From the IMG/VR virus record IMGVR_UViG_3300028833_000053: 64,000 bases of DNA; one strand, given 5' to 3'. The translations under genes and the position numbers were made by a program. Below the pieces are notes generated by a model, which was not told where the DNA came from, ran no database searches, and saw only the letters and a program-made list of their open reading frames with translations. Shown in pieces: positions 18,926 through 29,607 of this stretch. Positions within the stretch are counted from its first letter, which is position 1. Every line of letters begins with the position of its first letter. Source of the stretch: a virus (taxonomy: Duplodnaviria; Caudoviricetes).

Positions 18926-19010
18926 TGGGGCGGGGAATGATGAGGGCTTCTACCCCACCCCCAAGTTTACGACTCCGCTTGCGCGAATGAACTTGGAATA
19001 CTCTCCCCGC
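18926..19010 (-). ncRNA. tRNA-like RNA with acceptor stem and CCA end but no D arm or canonical anticodon arm
   Basis: GCGGGGA/TCCCCGC 7-bp stem plus C-CCA; CCAAGTT/AACTTGG stem with an internal GCAA hairpin; T-arm-like hairpin. Confidence 0.5.
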
Positions 19011-19046
19011 AGGAGCAAGTGCTTTCTCGTTGCAACGATATTTCAA

Positions 19047-19502
19047 TTATACAGATTTCTTGGTCAACCTGAGCATAATCCATTTCCTGAACCATTCAGG
19101 CTCTTCCTCAACATGCTCGGCAAGTTTCCGTATCCTACGCTTCCCCAACCTTGAATCCAGAAGGGCAAGCATCCGAATGAAGTAGTTCTCGCTTGCAATG
19201 GCTTCGTCAATCGAGAGGACATTGAGGAACTGATGGACATATTTCATGGCTTCTCCCCAGGAATTTCCAACATACCCAGTGTCCCTAATGACATTGTTGG
19301 TTTCGTTGTTCTTCCAGCCCCTCTTTCCAAGTTCAGCCCAGAACCTTGGGTCAGTGCAGAACCAGACTTCTCCATCGACACGAATGGACATTGCCTGTAT
19401 CTCGCTATTGCCATCACGGTACACATTATAATAATATCCAACCCTTCCCCTCAAGTCCTCGGGAAGTCTGCTTTCCAACGTCTGTTTTGTCTTACTCCAC
19501 AT
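19047..19502 (-). CDS. SF0329-like hypothetical protein
   Basis: MWSKTKQTLESRL...LRGRV; LSIDEAI...RMLALLDSRLGKRRI pattern. Confidence 0.65.
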   Translation of the reverse strand: MWSKTKQTLESRLPEDLRGRVGYYYNVYRDGNSEIQAMSIRVDGEVWFCTDPRFWAELGKRGWKNNETNNVIRDTGYVGNSWGEAMKYVHQFLNVLSIDEAIASENYFIRMLALLDSRLGKRRIRKLAEHVEEEPEWFRKWIMLRLTKKSV

Positions 19503-19522
19503 GTCTATTTCCTATCGTTAAA

Positions 19523-19611
19523 TGGTAGGGCCGGCGCGACTCGAACGCGCAATGTCCATACGGACGACGGATTAGAAATCCGTTGGATTCTCCAATTCTC
19601 CGCACGACCCC
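19523..19611 (-). tRNA. Atypical class II tRNA, anticodon TCT (nominally Arg)
   Basis: Acceptor GGGGTCG/CGGCCCT-A-CCA; anticodon arm ACGGA-TTTCTAA-TCCGT; variable hairpin GTCC-GTAT-GGAC; T arm GCGCG-TTCGAGT-CGCGC. Confidence 0.85.
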
Positions 19612-19622
19612 ATATAAATCCA

Positions 19623-19737
19623 CACCGCTAGGCTTTAGACCAATGGTTCTCCGTCCCCATTGGAAGACTCGCCGCGGTCATTACCCATCGCAAACCAACC
19701 CAATCCGTCAAGGGCAACAGTCTTTACTACCCGGTCA
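19623..19737 (-). ncRNA. Candidate structured RNA upstream of the tRNA
   Basis: No minus-strand ORF in the track; stems AAGACT/AGTCTT and CCAATGG/CCATTGG; TTTACA-17-TATAAT promoter just upstream. Confidence 0.35.
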
Positions 19738-19775
19738 CACATAACAATTATACGCCAAAACCAATCAAATGTAAA

Positions 19776-19997
19776 TCAATCCGTGCAATCACCGGACTCA
19801 AACTCCTTCGCCGTCTTGGAATTCCCACCCACCAGAATCAGAGCATCCCCGCCAAGAAGATCGGTGCTTGTTACGGCAATCCCAAAAGGCGCAACCTTGC
19901 CATATTCGGTCTGGATGAACACCGGAACGTTACCATGAATCTTGAGCAGTTTCTGGCAACCACGAACAAAGTCCTTCAATCCCGTGTACTTTGGCAT
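19776..19997 (-). CDS. Small hypothetical protein
   Basis: Abuts upstream gene. Confidence 0.55.
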   Translation of the reverse strand: MPKYTGLKDFVRGCQKLLKIHGNVPVFIQTEYGKVAPFGIAVTSTDLLGGDALILVGGNSKTAKEFESGDCTD

Positions 19998-20000
19998 AAT

Positions 20001-20381
20001 TCACTTCCTCTTTGAAGCTTCCCACTTTCCATCCTTGAACAAGTACCAATAGTCGGAACCCGCCCAATGCTTGAAAGCATCTTCATCCTCATGCTCGGCT
20101 GGCTTCACATCCTCCCAGTCCTCTCCACGGTCTCTGTGATAGGCAACCGTTATTCCATCAAAGCAGTGTTCAAAGGAATGCTCCACGCCCTCTGGAATGT
20201 CAACCTCCTTGTCAACGGAAGAGCAATCGCCAAGGGCAATCAACTTGTCAATCTTGGCAGGGTCTTTGTAGTTCTTCTTGAGCAGCTTTCCCAAATAGTC
20301 TGGGTAGCCGTCGCAGTTGACGTAAATGGAAGTCACAGTTCCATTGTCGTTTTTCTTTCCAACGAATGCTGGTGTTGACAT
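20001..20381 (-). CDS. Hypothetical phage protein
   Basis: MSTPAFVG...SIYVNCDGYPDYLG...AYHRDRGE; SD and sigma70-like promoter upstream. Confidence 0.7.
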   Translation of the reverse strand: MSTPAFVGKKNDNGTVTSIYVNCDGYPDYLGKLLKKNYKDPAKIDKLIALGDCSSVDKEVDIPEGVEHSFEHCFDGITVAYHRDRGEDWEDVKPAEHEDEDAFKHWAGSDYWYLFKDGKWEASKRK

Positions 20382-20430
20382 GTGTTTATTGTCCTTTCAA
20401 GTTGAAATCATCCAACAGAAGTATACCACA

Positions 20431-21117
20431 TCAGAAAGAAAATGTAAAGGCCGTTCCCACTACATGAGAAGGTTGCCATTCGTGACTTGAAGTTGATTTC
20501 AATTCAACAAGGCGGTAGAAAAGGGAAATGGCACAATTCTGATTCAATTTGACCTGAAAGCCGAAGTCCGTCCAAAACTGCCCAAACTTGTCGTTTTTCC
20601 TTATCTCCCTGTCCTTTGACCCTTCGTCAAAGTACCACTCATAGGAGACATAGGGTCTTACTGGGCATCCCCAAGCCTGCACCACCTCGGGCATTGTGAC
20701 CTTTGACAAGTTCCTGTACCTGAAATATGGACGCTCGTTTTCCAAGTCACGCATGATGAACCTTGACCTGTTCATGAAATCAAAGCCCTTGTACGATTGG
20801 TAGAAAGCCAGGTTAATTCCGGGGCGGTTGTCATGCCTGTATTTGGAAGAACTTCCAACCCTTCTCAACAACACGAAATCGTCCTGCAACCCAATTGACA
20901 TCCAATCAAGCATGCGCCAATTTACGAACAGAGTTGTATGGAATTCGTCAAGTTTTCGGTCCTTGTCAACCGTCCCGATTCTGCTTTCCTCGGACGCGCC
21001 GATGGAGAGATTGTGTGGAAATCTCTTCTGAACCTCCAAGGTGTTCCAAGTGCCAAAATCGTTGGCGAACATGGACAGTGAGAACAAAGATACTATAATT
21101 AGTGTGAGTTTTTTCAT
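20431..21117 (-). CDS. Outer-membrane beta-barrel protein (DUF2490-like)
   Basis: Signal peptide MKKLTLIIVSLFSLSMFA; amphipathic beta strands; NRSR...RYRN; C-terminal AFTFSF. Confidence 0.75.
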   Translation of the reverse strand: MKKLTLIIVSLFSLSMFANDFGTWNTLEVQKRFPHNLSIGASEESRIGTVDKDRKLDEFHTTLFVNWRMLDWMSIGLQDDFVLLRRVGSSSKYRHDNRPGINLAFYQSYKGFDFMNRSRFIMRDLENERPYFRYRNLSKVTMPEVVQAWGCPVRPYVSYEWYFDEGSKDREIRKNDKFGQFWTDFGFQVKLNQNCAISLFYRLVELKSTSSHEWQPSHVVGTAFTFSF

Positions 21118-21155
21118 GGATATGCCTTTCGTATGAACATATCCAATTATACTTG

Positions 21156-22733
21156 TCACTTGCGCAACTTCTGTGGAACTGGGGTGATTTCCCAAGGCTT
21201 GACAAGTTGCAAACGCTCCATCATCTGGGGAACCGTGTCTTTTGTTGTGCCGTTTATCATTATGGTGTGCGTGGTCTTGTAGGTATACCACGGTCCGAAG
21301 AACTGGTTGTCACCATACTCGTTCTTTTCCGTCTTTGGGTCGATTTCCTTTGTGCTGTTTGAATCAACGGGCTCATCGGGCTTCATATCATCCGTGTTGA
21401 TGACTTCCTTCTCCTTCATTTCCTCCTTGCGTCGGATGAGATAGAAGCACTGATATGGTTGGTGGCAAACCTTGTTGCCCCTTGTCAAGATGAACGTGTC
21501 TCTGTTCGCTATGGACTGTATGCAATCGTTGTAAAGGTGGCGTTGGTTGTTCCATTTCGCCTCGTCAATGAGATACAAGGTCTTGTCGTCCATAAGATAC
21601 TTCTGAAGGTCAGGCACCGACTCCTCTGCGGTGATGTCGGGGTTTGGATACAACGTGGCATCGCGCTTCGGACAGGCGTTCGGCGACTTGAACACGTTTT
21701 GCACCTTCTCGTTCAAGATAATCCTGCGCACGAACTTGTCCTTCGTTATGTTCAAGTCCCAATAGTGGCGCGTGTAGTAGTCCTTGATGAACCTAGTGTA
21801 TGACATCTTCGAGAAAGAGGTTATTGTCGGCCTCACAACCTTTGGTTCACCCGCACCCGGTTGGTAGGGGTTAACTTCGTTGTCCTGAATTTCATAAAAC
21901 CTGTTCAACTGCACAAAATTGTGCTTTGCCCTCAAACAAGTGCTGTCATCGTTGAGCTTCGCCATTCGGTACAACCGTTCCTTCTCGTCCCAAAGGATTA
22001 TGCGCGGATGGTTGTCAACGTCAAACGAACTCGGCTCCATGTACATTCGGTTTAACAGGTAGTTTATGGCGGTGAAGTAGTTGTCCTTCTGCGTTGTGGT
22101 GTAGTAGATGCATACGTCCGTCTTGCAAGGATCTTGAAGAAACGTCTTGGTTGCAACCTTCTCCAATCCAACGGCGTTTACCAAGAGACGGCAAATTATC
22201 TTCGTTATGGGTTCTGGCTCCTTCAGATTGTAGTTGGAATATTGGCACATCGAGGACAACTTGTACCAATACACTGAAATCAACTCCAAGCGGTATGTTG
22301 TGACATCAGTATGTGTGTCATGGGATATTAGCTCCATCTTGTTCACAAGGAACGTGTGGTTGAAATAGTCCTCTTTCTTGATTGGCTTCTCAACCCAATA
22401 GTCGCCAGCGGATTCCCCACGCTCGTCCTTTTTCGTTTTCTTGTCTGCAAGGTTCTCCGCCCACTGGACTTGAACCACCAAATGCGGAATTCGGAACAAC
22501 TTGCCAAGGTTTCGTTCGGTGTCCTTGTACACCAATTGACCAGTAAGGACAAGCTGATTCCACTGGTTTGTATATTCAAACAGTACTATGTTCGCCGGGT
22601 CCAGGATGATGTTCTTGTGCTTTATGTTCGTTGTGTCGAACACGATTGCCTGGAAACTCCATCCCGTTCCATCTATTACCCAATGCCCCTATGACAGTTC
22701 GGGAGCCGGCGTTGTTGAATTCGTTGTTGACAT
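21156..22733 (-). CDS. Probable virion structural protein, possibly baseplate-hub-like (1 TAG near the N-terminus)
   Basis: ATG at 22733 in frame through a TAG; late operon context; C-terminal GPWYTYKTTHTI only loosely hub-like. Confidence 0.5.
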
Positions 22734-22748
22734 ATCAATTTCCTTTCA

Positions 22749-23246
22749 TCAAATCTTCTTTATCAAGTCCTTCTCCGTTATCACCCTGAACAACTTGCCC
22801 TTGGCGGCGCATATCTTGGCGGCCATCTTCCACTTCGCCATGTTGGTTGCAAAGGTCCGCACTGATTCATTATACTGTATTGTGTTGCGTCCACGCTTCG
22901 GTGGCACGGTCTCCCCACTGTGCTTTATCTCCACCCAAATCTCCTGCAACGTCGGTCCGTTCTTCACCCACATCACGAAATCCACGATGTAGTGGCGTTG
23001 CCTCTGCTGAACGGGATCGAAATAGGGTATCGTGTTCATTGGGTTTTCGTAGTCCCATTTCAATATGTCTGGGTTGTTGTCAAGGTAGCGTATGAACATG
23101 GCTTCCAGCTTCGACTTGAACAAGATGAACTTCGCATGTTTCAAGTTCTTCTCCGGATGGGAAAGATAGTATTTGCCACGGAGGGCTGACTTGTATTTGC
23201 CCCTCGTGGACTGACCAGGATAGAATTTTCTGTTCCGCATTGCCAT
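22749..23246 (-). CDS. T4 gp4-like head completion nuclease (TnsA-like)
   Basis: KSKLEAMFIRYLDNNPDILKWDYE...IPYFDP...HYIVDF...VEIK...NMAKWKMA...FRVITEKDL. Confidence 0.85.
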   Translation of the reverse strand: MAMRNRKFYPGQSTRGKYKSALRGKYYLSHPEKNLKHAKFILFKSKLEAMFIRYLDNNPDILKWDYENPMNTIPYFDPVQQRQRHYIVDFVMWVKNGPTLQEIWVEIKHSGETVPPKRGRNTIQYNESVRTFATNMAKWKMAAKICAAKGKLFRVITEKDLIKKI

Positions 23247-23247
23247 G

Positions 23248-26200
23248 TCAGCTATACTCCTCCCTCAACGCAAGGCTTTTCTCGCGCCCAAGAATCTCGC
23301 CCTTGTACTTGTTGTAAAGCTCCACAATCAACATGTCTATCGTTTCTTGATTGACACCTATCGTCTCCTTGAACGCGGCAACGGCCTTGTCGTATTCAAT
23401 CTGTTTGTTGTCAACGTTCTTCCTCATGTTCTCCAGTGAAGTGAAGTCCTCAAGGTTTTCCTTCTTTATCTTCTTCACTTCCATCTTGAGCTTCATTATG
23501 TCCTCTTCGTTGTCCAACTTGTCCATCAAGAGCTTGTTGCGTATGTTGCGGTTACGCTCCCCAATGCAGGCGTTGAATATCTTCTTGTTGGCGTTGGTGA
23601 GTTCCACAATCTTGTCCTCTGCCTTTGCAACGCCATCAATCAACGTCTGAAGATTCTGCCTTTGCGTTGTCAACGTGTTAGTTGCCTATTCAAGGTTGTC
23701 CTTCGCCTGCTGCAACTTCCACATTTCGTATTGGATGTCACCCTGGAAATTGGCAGCTTGCTTGCGCGTTGCAATCTTCTCGATGTCAGATTCCCTTTGT
23801 ATCAAACCAAGGTACTTGAGATAGCCCAAAACGCGGCATTTCATCTTCTTTGCCTCAACGCTCTTGAGCATTTCCTCTTGCTCCTTTTCCCGCAACTTGG
23901 AATACGCCTCAACAACCTTGGATTTCCTTTGTGGTTGGACTGCCAACCTGGACTTTATGTCAGACACGGACCTTTTGCTTTCCGGTTCCTCGCTGTTGAC
24001 CTTCTTCCACGCCTCGATGACCTTCTTGACGTGTTCTATGTCCTTTGGCGATGCGTCTGCAACCGTCCATTCCTTCTCTTCCTCTTCCTTGGCATCCCAA
24101 CCATACTTGTCTTGGTAGTGCAACCTTCCCCTGTTTCCAATCTTGTCCTTCAACTCCATTATCAACTTCTCCAACTTCTCGCGTTGCACCAAAAGACTTT
24201 GCTTGTATTGGTTCTTCCTCAGATTGAACGCCACCTTGTTGCACTTCTTGCGGAACTCCATGAATTCCTCTTCGGACCCAAACCCCATTTCAGAATAGGT
24301 CTTGTTTCCGGCGTTGGCGGCGTACCAATCGTGCAGCAAGATTATTTCGCGTATGCTGGCGGACGCAATAGCGGTAAACGAGAAGTCGTGGCGGAGGGTA
24401 TGGCTTGAATCCCATATTTGCTCCTCCGTGTCGGCCATTTTCTGCGCGAAGTTATGTACAAGCCTGCGCACCTTTATGGTTGCGTCGGAGCACATGGTCT
24501 GCATCTTCTTCAACTGGTTCAATTCATATCCAAGGTTGTACATGTAGTTGCGCCACTTCTCCGTCTTGCGGATGAGTCCATTCAAATGGCCCGTCTGGAT
24601 TCTTTCAAGGCTTCCAACGGGATGTTCCTCTTCTTCCTCTTCTTCGCGTTTTGCCATTGCAGACCTTGGAGTTGCCTAATCGGCAAGATGATCGTTATAG
24701 CCAACCCACATGCTTCCTGAAGTTGAATCGGTGAGGGCATCTTTCATGTCATCTAGTTCATCCTTTCTTCCCCCCTGCTCCTGTTGAACCTTGTCGCCGT
24801 CAACCTAGTAGTCCTTGAATTCCTTGTTGTCAAGCCGTTCCTCAAACTTCTCCTTCCTTCCCTGGAAATTCGCCAATGCAGTATTCAGCGCGGCTGCCTA
24901 TTCGTCGGTCAACGCATTGGGATCTGCGTCTATTATGTCACTTATTTGCCTGTTTATTTCCTTGACATCAACATCGCGTATTTCGTCTATGCGTTCCTGT
25001 ATTTCCTTGATTGAACCTATTATGTTCTTGTTCAACTCCAATTTCACGGAACTTATCTTCTGACCAAGGGCGAGCTTTTGATCTATCTGGTTGTTCAACA
25101 AGTTGTTGTACTCTGCAACCAAGGCGTTCAATATTTCCTGCTTCTCGTCCTTTATTCCAATCAACTGCGCTTCCCTTGTCTTGAGTTCATCGTACTCGGC
25201 AAGCAAGTCGTAGTATTTCATCACAAGCTCCATCAAGGGCTTGTTCTTCGTGAACTCCTGAAACATGCGTTGAATAGCCAATGTCTCCTTGGTGAAGCAC
25301 TCCGAAATCTGAACTTCCTTCTGCCTTACGTTGCGGTTCAACTGCTCCAACGCAAGTTCCATTCCCTCCAACCTGTTTTTGAATTGAAGATAATGGCGAA
25401 CTTGTTTCAAGTCATAGTTTGGAATCCTCTGCCTGAAAATGGAATAATGCGACGAAGTTGTGGATTTCACCATGGGGACTTCATCGACAATTGTGGGACT
25501 CCATTTCCCGGTGCTCCTGCTTGGTCGGTCCAACGCCAATATGTTTCCATTTTCGGAATCAAATTGGCAGAAGTCCTCCTTGCATACGCAAAGTATGGTG
25601 TTTCTGTTGGACGCGGCTATCAACGCCATGTCAAGTTTACCGTCAGACCTGCGCTTGAACTGTCCATCCTTGTCCATCCTAGCCACGATATAGCCGTACT
25701 TTGACCCGAACTTGCGCTGAACCTTCACCAAATACTCGCCAGTGTGGTTCTTGTCCTTGTCTGGGTCAACCAAGGCAAAGGTGGAAATGGCGTTTATATT
25801 GTACTTCTTGAGTTGCTTCAGGTACTTTATGTGCTTTTCATCGTAGTACGCCCTTGAAGTCACTGGACGGAAATCAACGTGCGTGTTTGGAATCAAGGCG
25901 ATTTCCGTAGTGAAATCATTTGAATTGGTGAATGGGACATACAAGTTGTCAACATAAAACCCGGACTTCTTCGTGCCGGTGGAGTTGAATCCCTTTTTGA
26001 AGATGAGATTGAAAAACCTCAAAAGGACATTGGACATCCTCACTCCTTGGTACATCACCTCTTGCGTCCTTTTCTGTTGGTATTCAACACTGCCATTGTG
26101 AATGACCTTGCTCCAATCCGGCGCAAGGTTTGCAAGTTGTGGACGGAAGTTCTTGTTCAGCAAGAACCTTTCATACTCATGCCTTGAATACGCCTTGTGT

Positions 26201-26499
26201 TCCTTGTATGTGTATATGGAATCGTTTGACACGGACGAACTGTCCAATTTTATGATGTCCAAAGCCACGGCGTCACGCACGGTTGGATTGTCATACGAAA
26301 TGCCATACTTGGACAGAATGTCCCTCGGAGTTTCGTCGGAATAGTTCATTCTCCACGCATCCGAATCAAACAAGTCCTGAAAAACCTTTTTGATGTTGTT
26401 CTCGCCAGAGTCTGGAAGCGACTTGTCCAGTTCGGGCGTCTTGCAGACATACTTCGTCGATGAATCAACTATCTTGGTTCTGTTGTGTCCTTGGCTCAT
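23248..26499 (-). CDS. 1083-aa coiled-coil-rich late protein (4 in-frame TAG)
   Basis: Three track ORFs share one frame; gaps checked manually contain only TAG (24898, 24805, 24676, 23686); ends TGA. Confidence 0.8.
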
Positions 26500-26520
26500 G
26501 TCAAAAACGCCTCCTTGCCA

Positions 26521-28206
26521 TCAATCAATGTCTCCGAAGATGCAATCGTCAACCAACTCGTCCAAGTGGCTTCCGCTTTCACAAACTTCCTTGACAAGCC
26601 CACGTCTCTTGTTGGAAATGCAATCCTCTTCAAACACGTCATTGAACGGGTCAGTTGATTCATTTGCCTGTTCTTTCTTGTTGTCACCCGGTTCGGGCTT
26701 CTTCTCCTGTTGGTTGTCGCCCTTTTCGCCGGAATTTACACTGTCCTTGCTGGAATCCTGTTTCTTGCTCCCTTCGCCGATTCCAACTTCTTCTTCCAAA
26801 CGGTCAACACGTTGCAGTAGAGACATTAGGCTTTGCATCTACTTTTCGTCAATGTTCACGTTAGCACCCCCCGCTGCATTGCCGCCAGCCTTTCCTGCAC
26901 CTGAACTACCATTGCCTGAACCGCCATTGCCCGAAGCTCCATTTCCCGAACCACCTGCGGCTCCTTTGCCTCCAGCACCTCCTTTGCCGACGGCGCCTTT
27001 TCCATCACCGCCAGCGCCACCCTCTAGATCTTTCTTACCTTCTTCACCAACCGTTTTCCAGCCATCGTTCATGTCCGCCATTTGGAAAGCCACGGAAATA
27101 GTATTGCTTTCTTGCCCTCCAGCAAACACCTGTTGCTTCAAACGTCCAAGTATGCCCCGGTTGTCAAGTGCCTTGCTTGCCATCTTCTTTCCAAAAGCCT
27201 TGTCCTCAGTCAAAACCTGCTGAACGGGAACCTCACCACTTCCATCTTCGGCCATCTTCTTCTCCTTCTTTCTGCTCCATCCCAAAAGTTGAGCAACAAA
27301 ATCCTTTGCAACCTTGTTGGTCATCTTCCAACGAATGCTGTCCAACTTGCGCTTCTCTTCTGGCAACATTTCATCTGCGGTGTATTTATGTCCAACCCTA
27401 TTGGTGTCGTTTGCCTTGACTGTTGGAGAAGTCCTTGACATAGCGTCCGTCTTTATGGCGAAAATCATCTTGTTCAAAAGGCCGCTCTTGAACTTGTGCT
27501 TGTACCAATCATCGTTGAAATCGGTCTTTATGGTAATGCGCACTGCAAGTTCGGGCCTTGGGGTGGTGTCCTCTGCGTTCAAAGTCCCACCACTTTTTGC
27601 AGATCCCCCTGCGGCTGCCTTGCTCTATTGACCATCCACCTTGCCGCCAAAGTTAGACCATCCTTTTTCCAATCCCTCTGCCAATTTCTTTGGTTGGGCA
27701 TTCACAGCCCAAAGAGAGGAAGGGTTCTTGAATATCTTTTGCAACGCAGCCCAGGCGTTTGCGTTTTCCTTTCCAGAAGCCCCTTGTTGTTCCTATATTG
27801 CGTCAAGGTTCTTCTTGACCTCATCCCATTTAGCCTGCTTCTTCCATTCATCGTCGCGCTCGCCGGCAAACTTTATCAACGCATCACGGGCAGCCTTGAA
27901 ATCCTTGAACGTACCCTTTCCCTCCTTGAAAACAGATTCCGTAAGTTTGCTCAAATCCATCAACTCACTAATTTCGCACTTTATCAAGCTGCCATACATC
28001 TCCGCACCATACTTTTGAAGCATGTTTGCATCTGCTTGACTTTTCTTCTCCATCAACTCCTTGGTATGCACGAAATACGTCCGTCCAAGATTGTTTAGCT
28101 GGGCAATCTTGTTGTACACCTTTATGGGCTTTTCACCCTCGAAGTAGATGTCCTTCACAAGGTCTTCTTTCAATATCTTCTCGTCTGATGTGTTTATGGT
28201 TGTCAT
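26521..28206 (-). CDS. 561-aa late protein with Gly-rich linker (3 in-frame TAG)
   Basis: TAG at 27793, 27625, 26839; ends TGA; TGGTAAATA at 28236-28244. Confidence 0.8.
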
Positions 28207-28268
28207 TACAATTCACCCTTCATCTGTTATATGGGTATTTACCATTTATGACCACAAAGAAAACAAAG

Positions 28269-28292
28269 AGGGTCTGGAGAAATCCAGACCCT
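28269..28292 (-). terminator. Intrinsic terminator hairpin
   Basis: AGGGTCTGGA-4 nt-TCCAGACCCT followed by a T-rich tract on the minus strand. Confidence 0.7.
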
Positions 28293-28323
28293 TTACATAT
28301 TAGGTGAACCATATATTAAATCA

Positions 28324-28596
28324 TCAACCAACCAACTTGGACTCGTTGATGATGTAGTCAACACCATTGGGGTCGGTCCAATACATATTGTCGGAAAGCG
28401 CGTCAACAACCCCCATTTCCTCAATGAACTCGGAATCATATCCCTGTTCAGGAAGTTCCTCGTTCACAACATAGTCAATCAAAGAATCAATGTCATGTGC
28501 AACCACCGTGGATAAATCCTCGGCATTTCCCATGTTGTTCTGGTTTATGACAAGAACATAGACGTTTTTCATCTTCTTCATTGCTTTGTCTTTCAT
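28324..28596 (-). CDS. Small acidic hypothetical protein
   Basis: AGGA SD. Confidence 0.6.
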   Translation of the reverse strand: MKDKAMKKMKNVYVLVINQNNMGNAEDLSTVVAHDIDSLIDYVVNEELPEQGYDSEFIEEMGVVDALSDNMYWTDPNGVDYIINESKLVG

Positions 28597-28619
28597 GTGC
28601 GTTTCCTATCCTATTTACA

Positions 28620-29234
28620 TCAAACTTCACCAACGGGTGCCTCTTCATCGCCCTTCTCTTCGGGTCCATCCAACTCCTCATCTTCATCCTCGCCATCGGG
28701 ATGTTCGTGGCAATGCTTGCAGATGTAGGAAATCCAGCCCTTCGTCTCAACCTTGTTGTACTTGTCAAGGGGAACGCCACAAACGGCGCAAGTATCCTCC
28801 GTCATTTGATCGGCTTCACGAATGATGTTGTCCGCCAACATTTCAAGATAGTCTGCGGCCAGCCTGTGCTTGTTGGCATCAAGAACGTTCGTCATGTTAT
28901 CTGGAGGATTGGTCTCGTCATAAAGGGGAATGATCACGCCATTATCGTCAACCGTGCGAATGGTGAAGTAAAAACGCAGAGTCCCATACTTTTCCTTCAC
29001 CTGGTCTGCAACAATAGCCACGTTGTAGTTCTTGACGAATTCCATGTTGTAGAATTCAAGCACCGTGCAAAGTTGCTCAAGGATGTGATACCATCCCTTC
29101 GGGCATTCAATCCCCCAGCACATGCAAGTCTGGGTCATGTCCTTCGTCCTTTCTTGAAACAGAATGGGAAACCGCCCCATGAACTTGTCCCCGTATTCCG
29201 CATCCTTCGGTACGCCATAATATCTCAAAATCAT
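28620..29234 (-). CDS. Hypothetical phage protein with C-terminal CxxC-CxxC
   Basis: GWY...QVKEKYGTLRFY...TCAVCG...ICKHC. Confidence 0.75.
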   Translation of the reverse strand: MILRYYGVPKDAEYGDKFMGRFPILFQERTKDMTQTCMCWGIECPKGWYHILEQLCTVLEFYNMEFVKNYNVAIVADQVKEKYGTLRFYFTIRTVDDNGVIIPLYDETNPPDNMTNVLDANKHRLAADYLEMLADNIIREADQMTEDTCAVCGVPLDKYNKVETKGWISYICKHCHEHPDGEDEDEELDGPEEKGDEEAPVGEV

Positions 29235-29291
29235 AGTAAACTCCTTTGTTGTTCTTCACTGAATTATACCACAATGAAGTTTATATGTAAA

Positions 29292-29316
29292 GAAAAAGGG
29301 GAGCTTGCGCTCCCCG
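29292..29316 (-). terminator. Intrinsic terminator
   Basis: GGGGAGC-GCAA-GCTCCCC followed by TTTTT. Confidence 0.8.
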
Positions 29317-29607
29317 AAAATATATTGCACCTTGCTTTTGGATATTTAGGTTTGTAGGGAGAGCGGGTGCGGAAGAACTCCCTTGGCACACACATAAAGA
29401 TTTGGTTCAAGACATTTCACTAACATACCAAACAGAACATACACACACAACCATCCAGTCAACTAGGACACATGTCTTTTTATGGGTGAACCACTCCCAA
29501 TCGAGTTTGCATTTTCAGTCATCCAACCCGGTGAAACCCTGACCTTCACACAACACTTAAATTATACGCAAAACACAGAAACGGATATAGCCAAAACGGG
29601 AAAAATC

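Noticed and set aside
19523-19611. tRNA as the amber (CUA) suppressor
   Set aside because: CTA lies one base off-centre in the loop TTTCTAA. The 5-bp stem fixes the anticodon as TCT and no alternative pairing centres CTA. No suppressor tRNA was seen in this window.
26860-27025. Gly-rich low-complexity stretch as a DNA repeat element
   Set aside because: It is coding linker sequence with varied synonymous codons.
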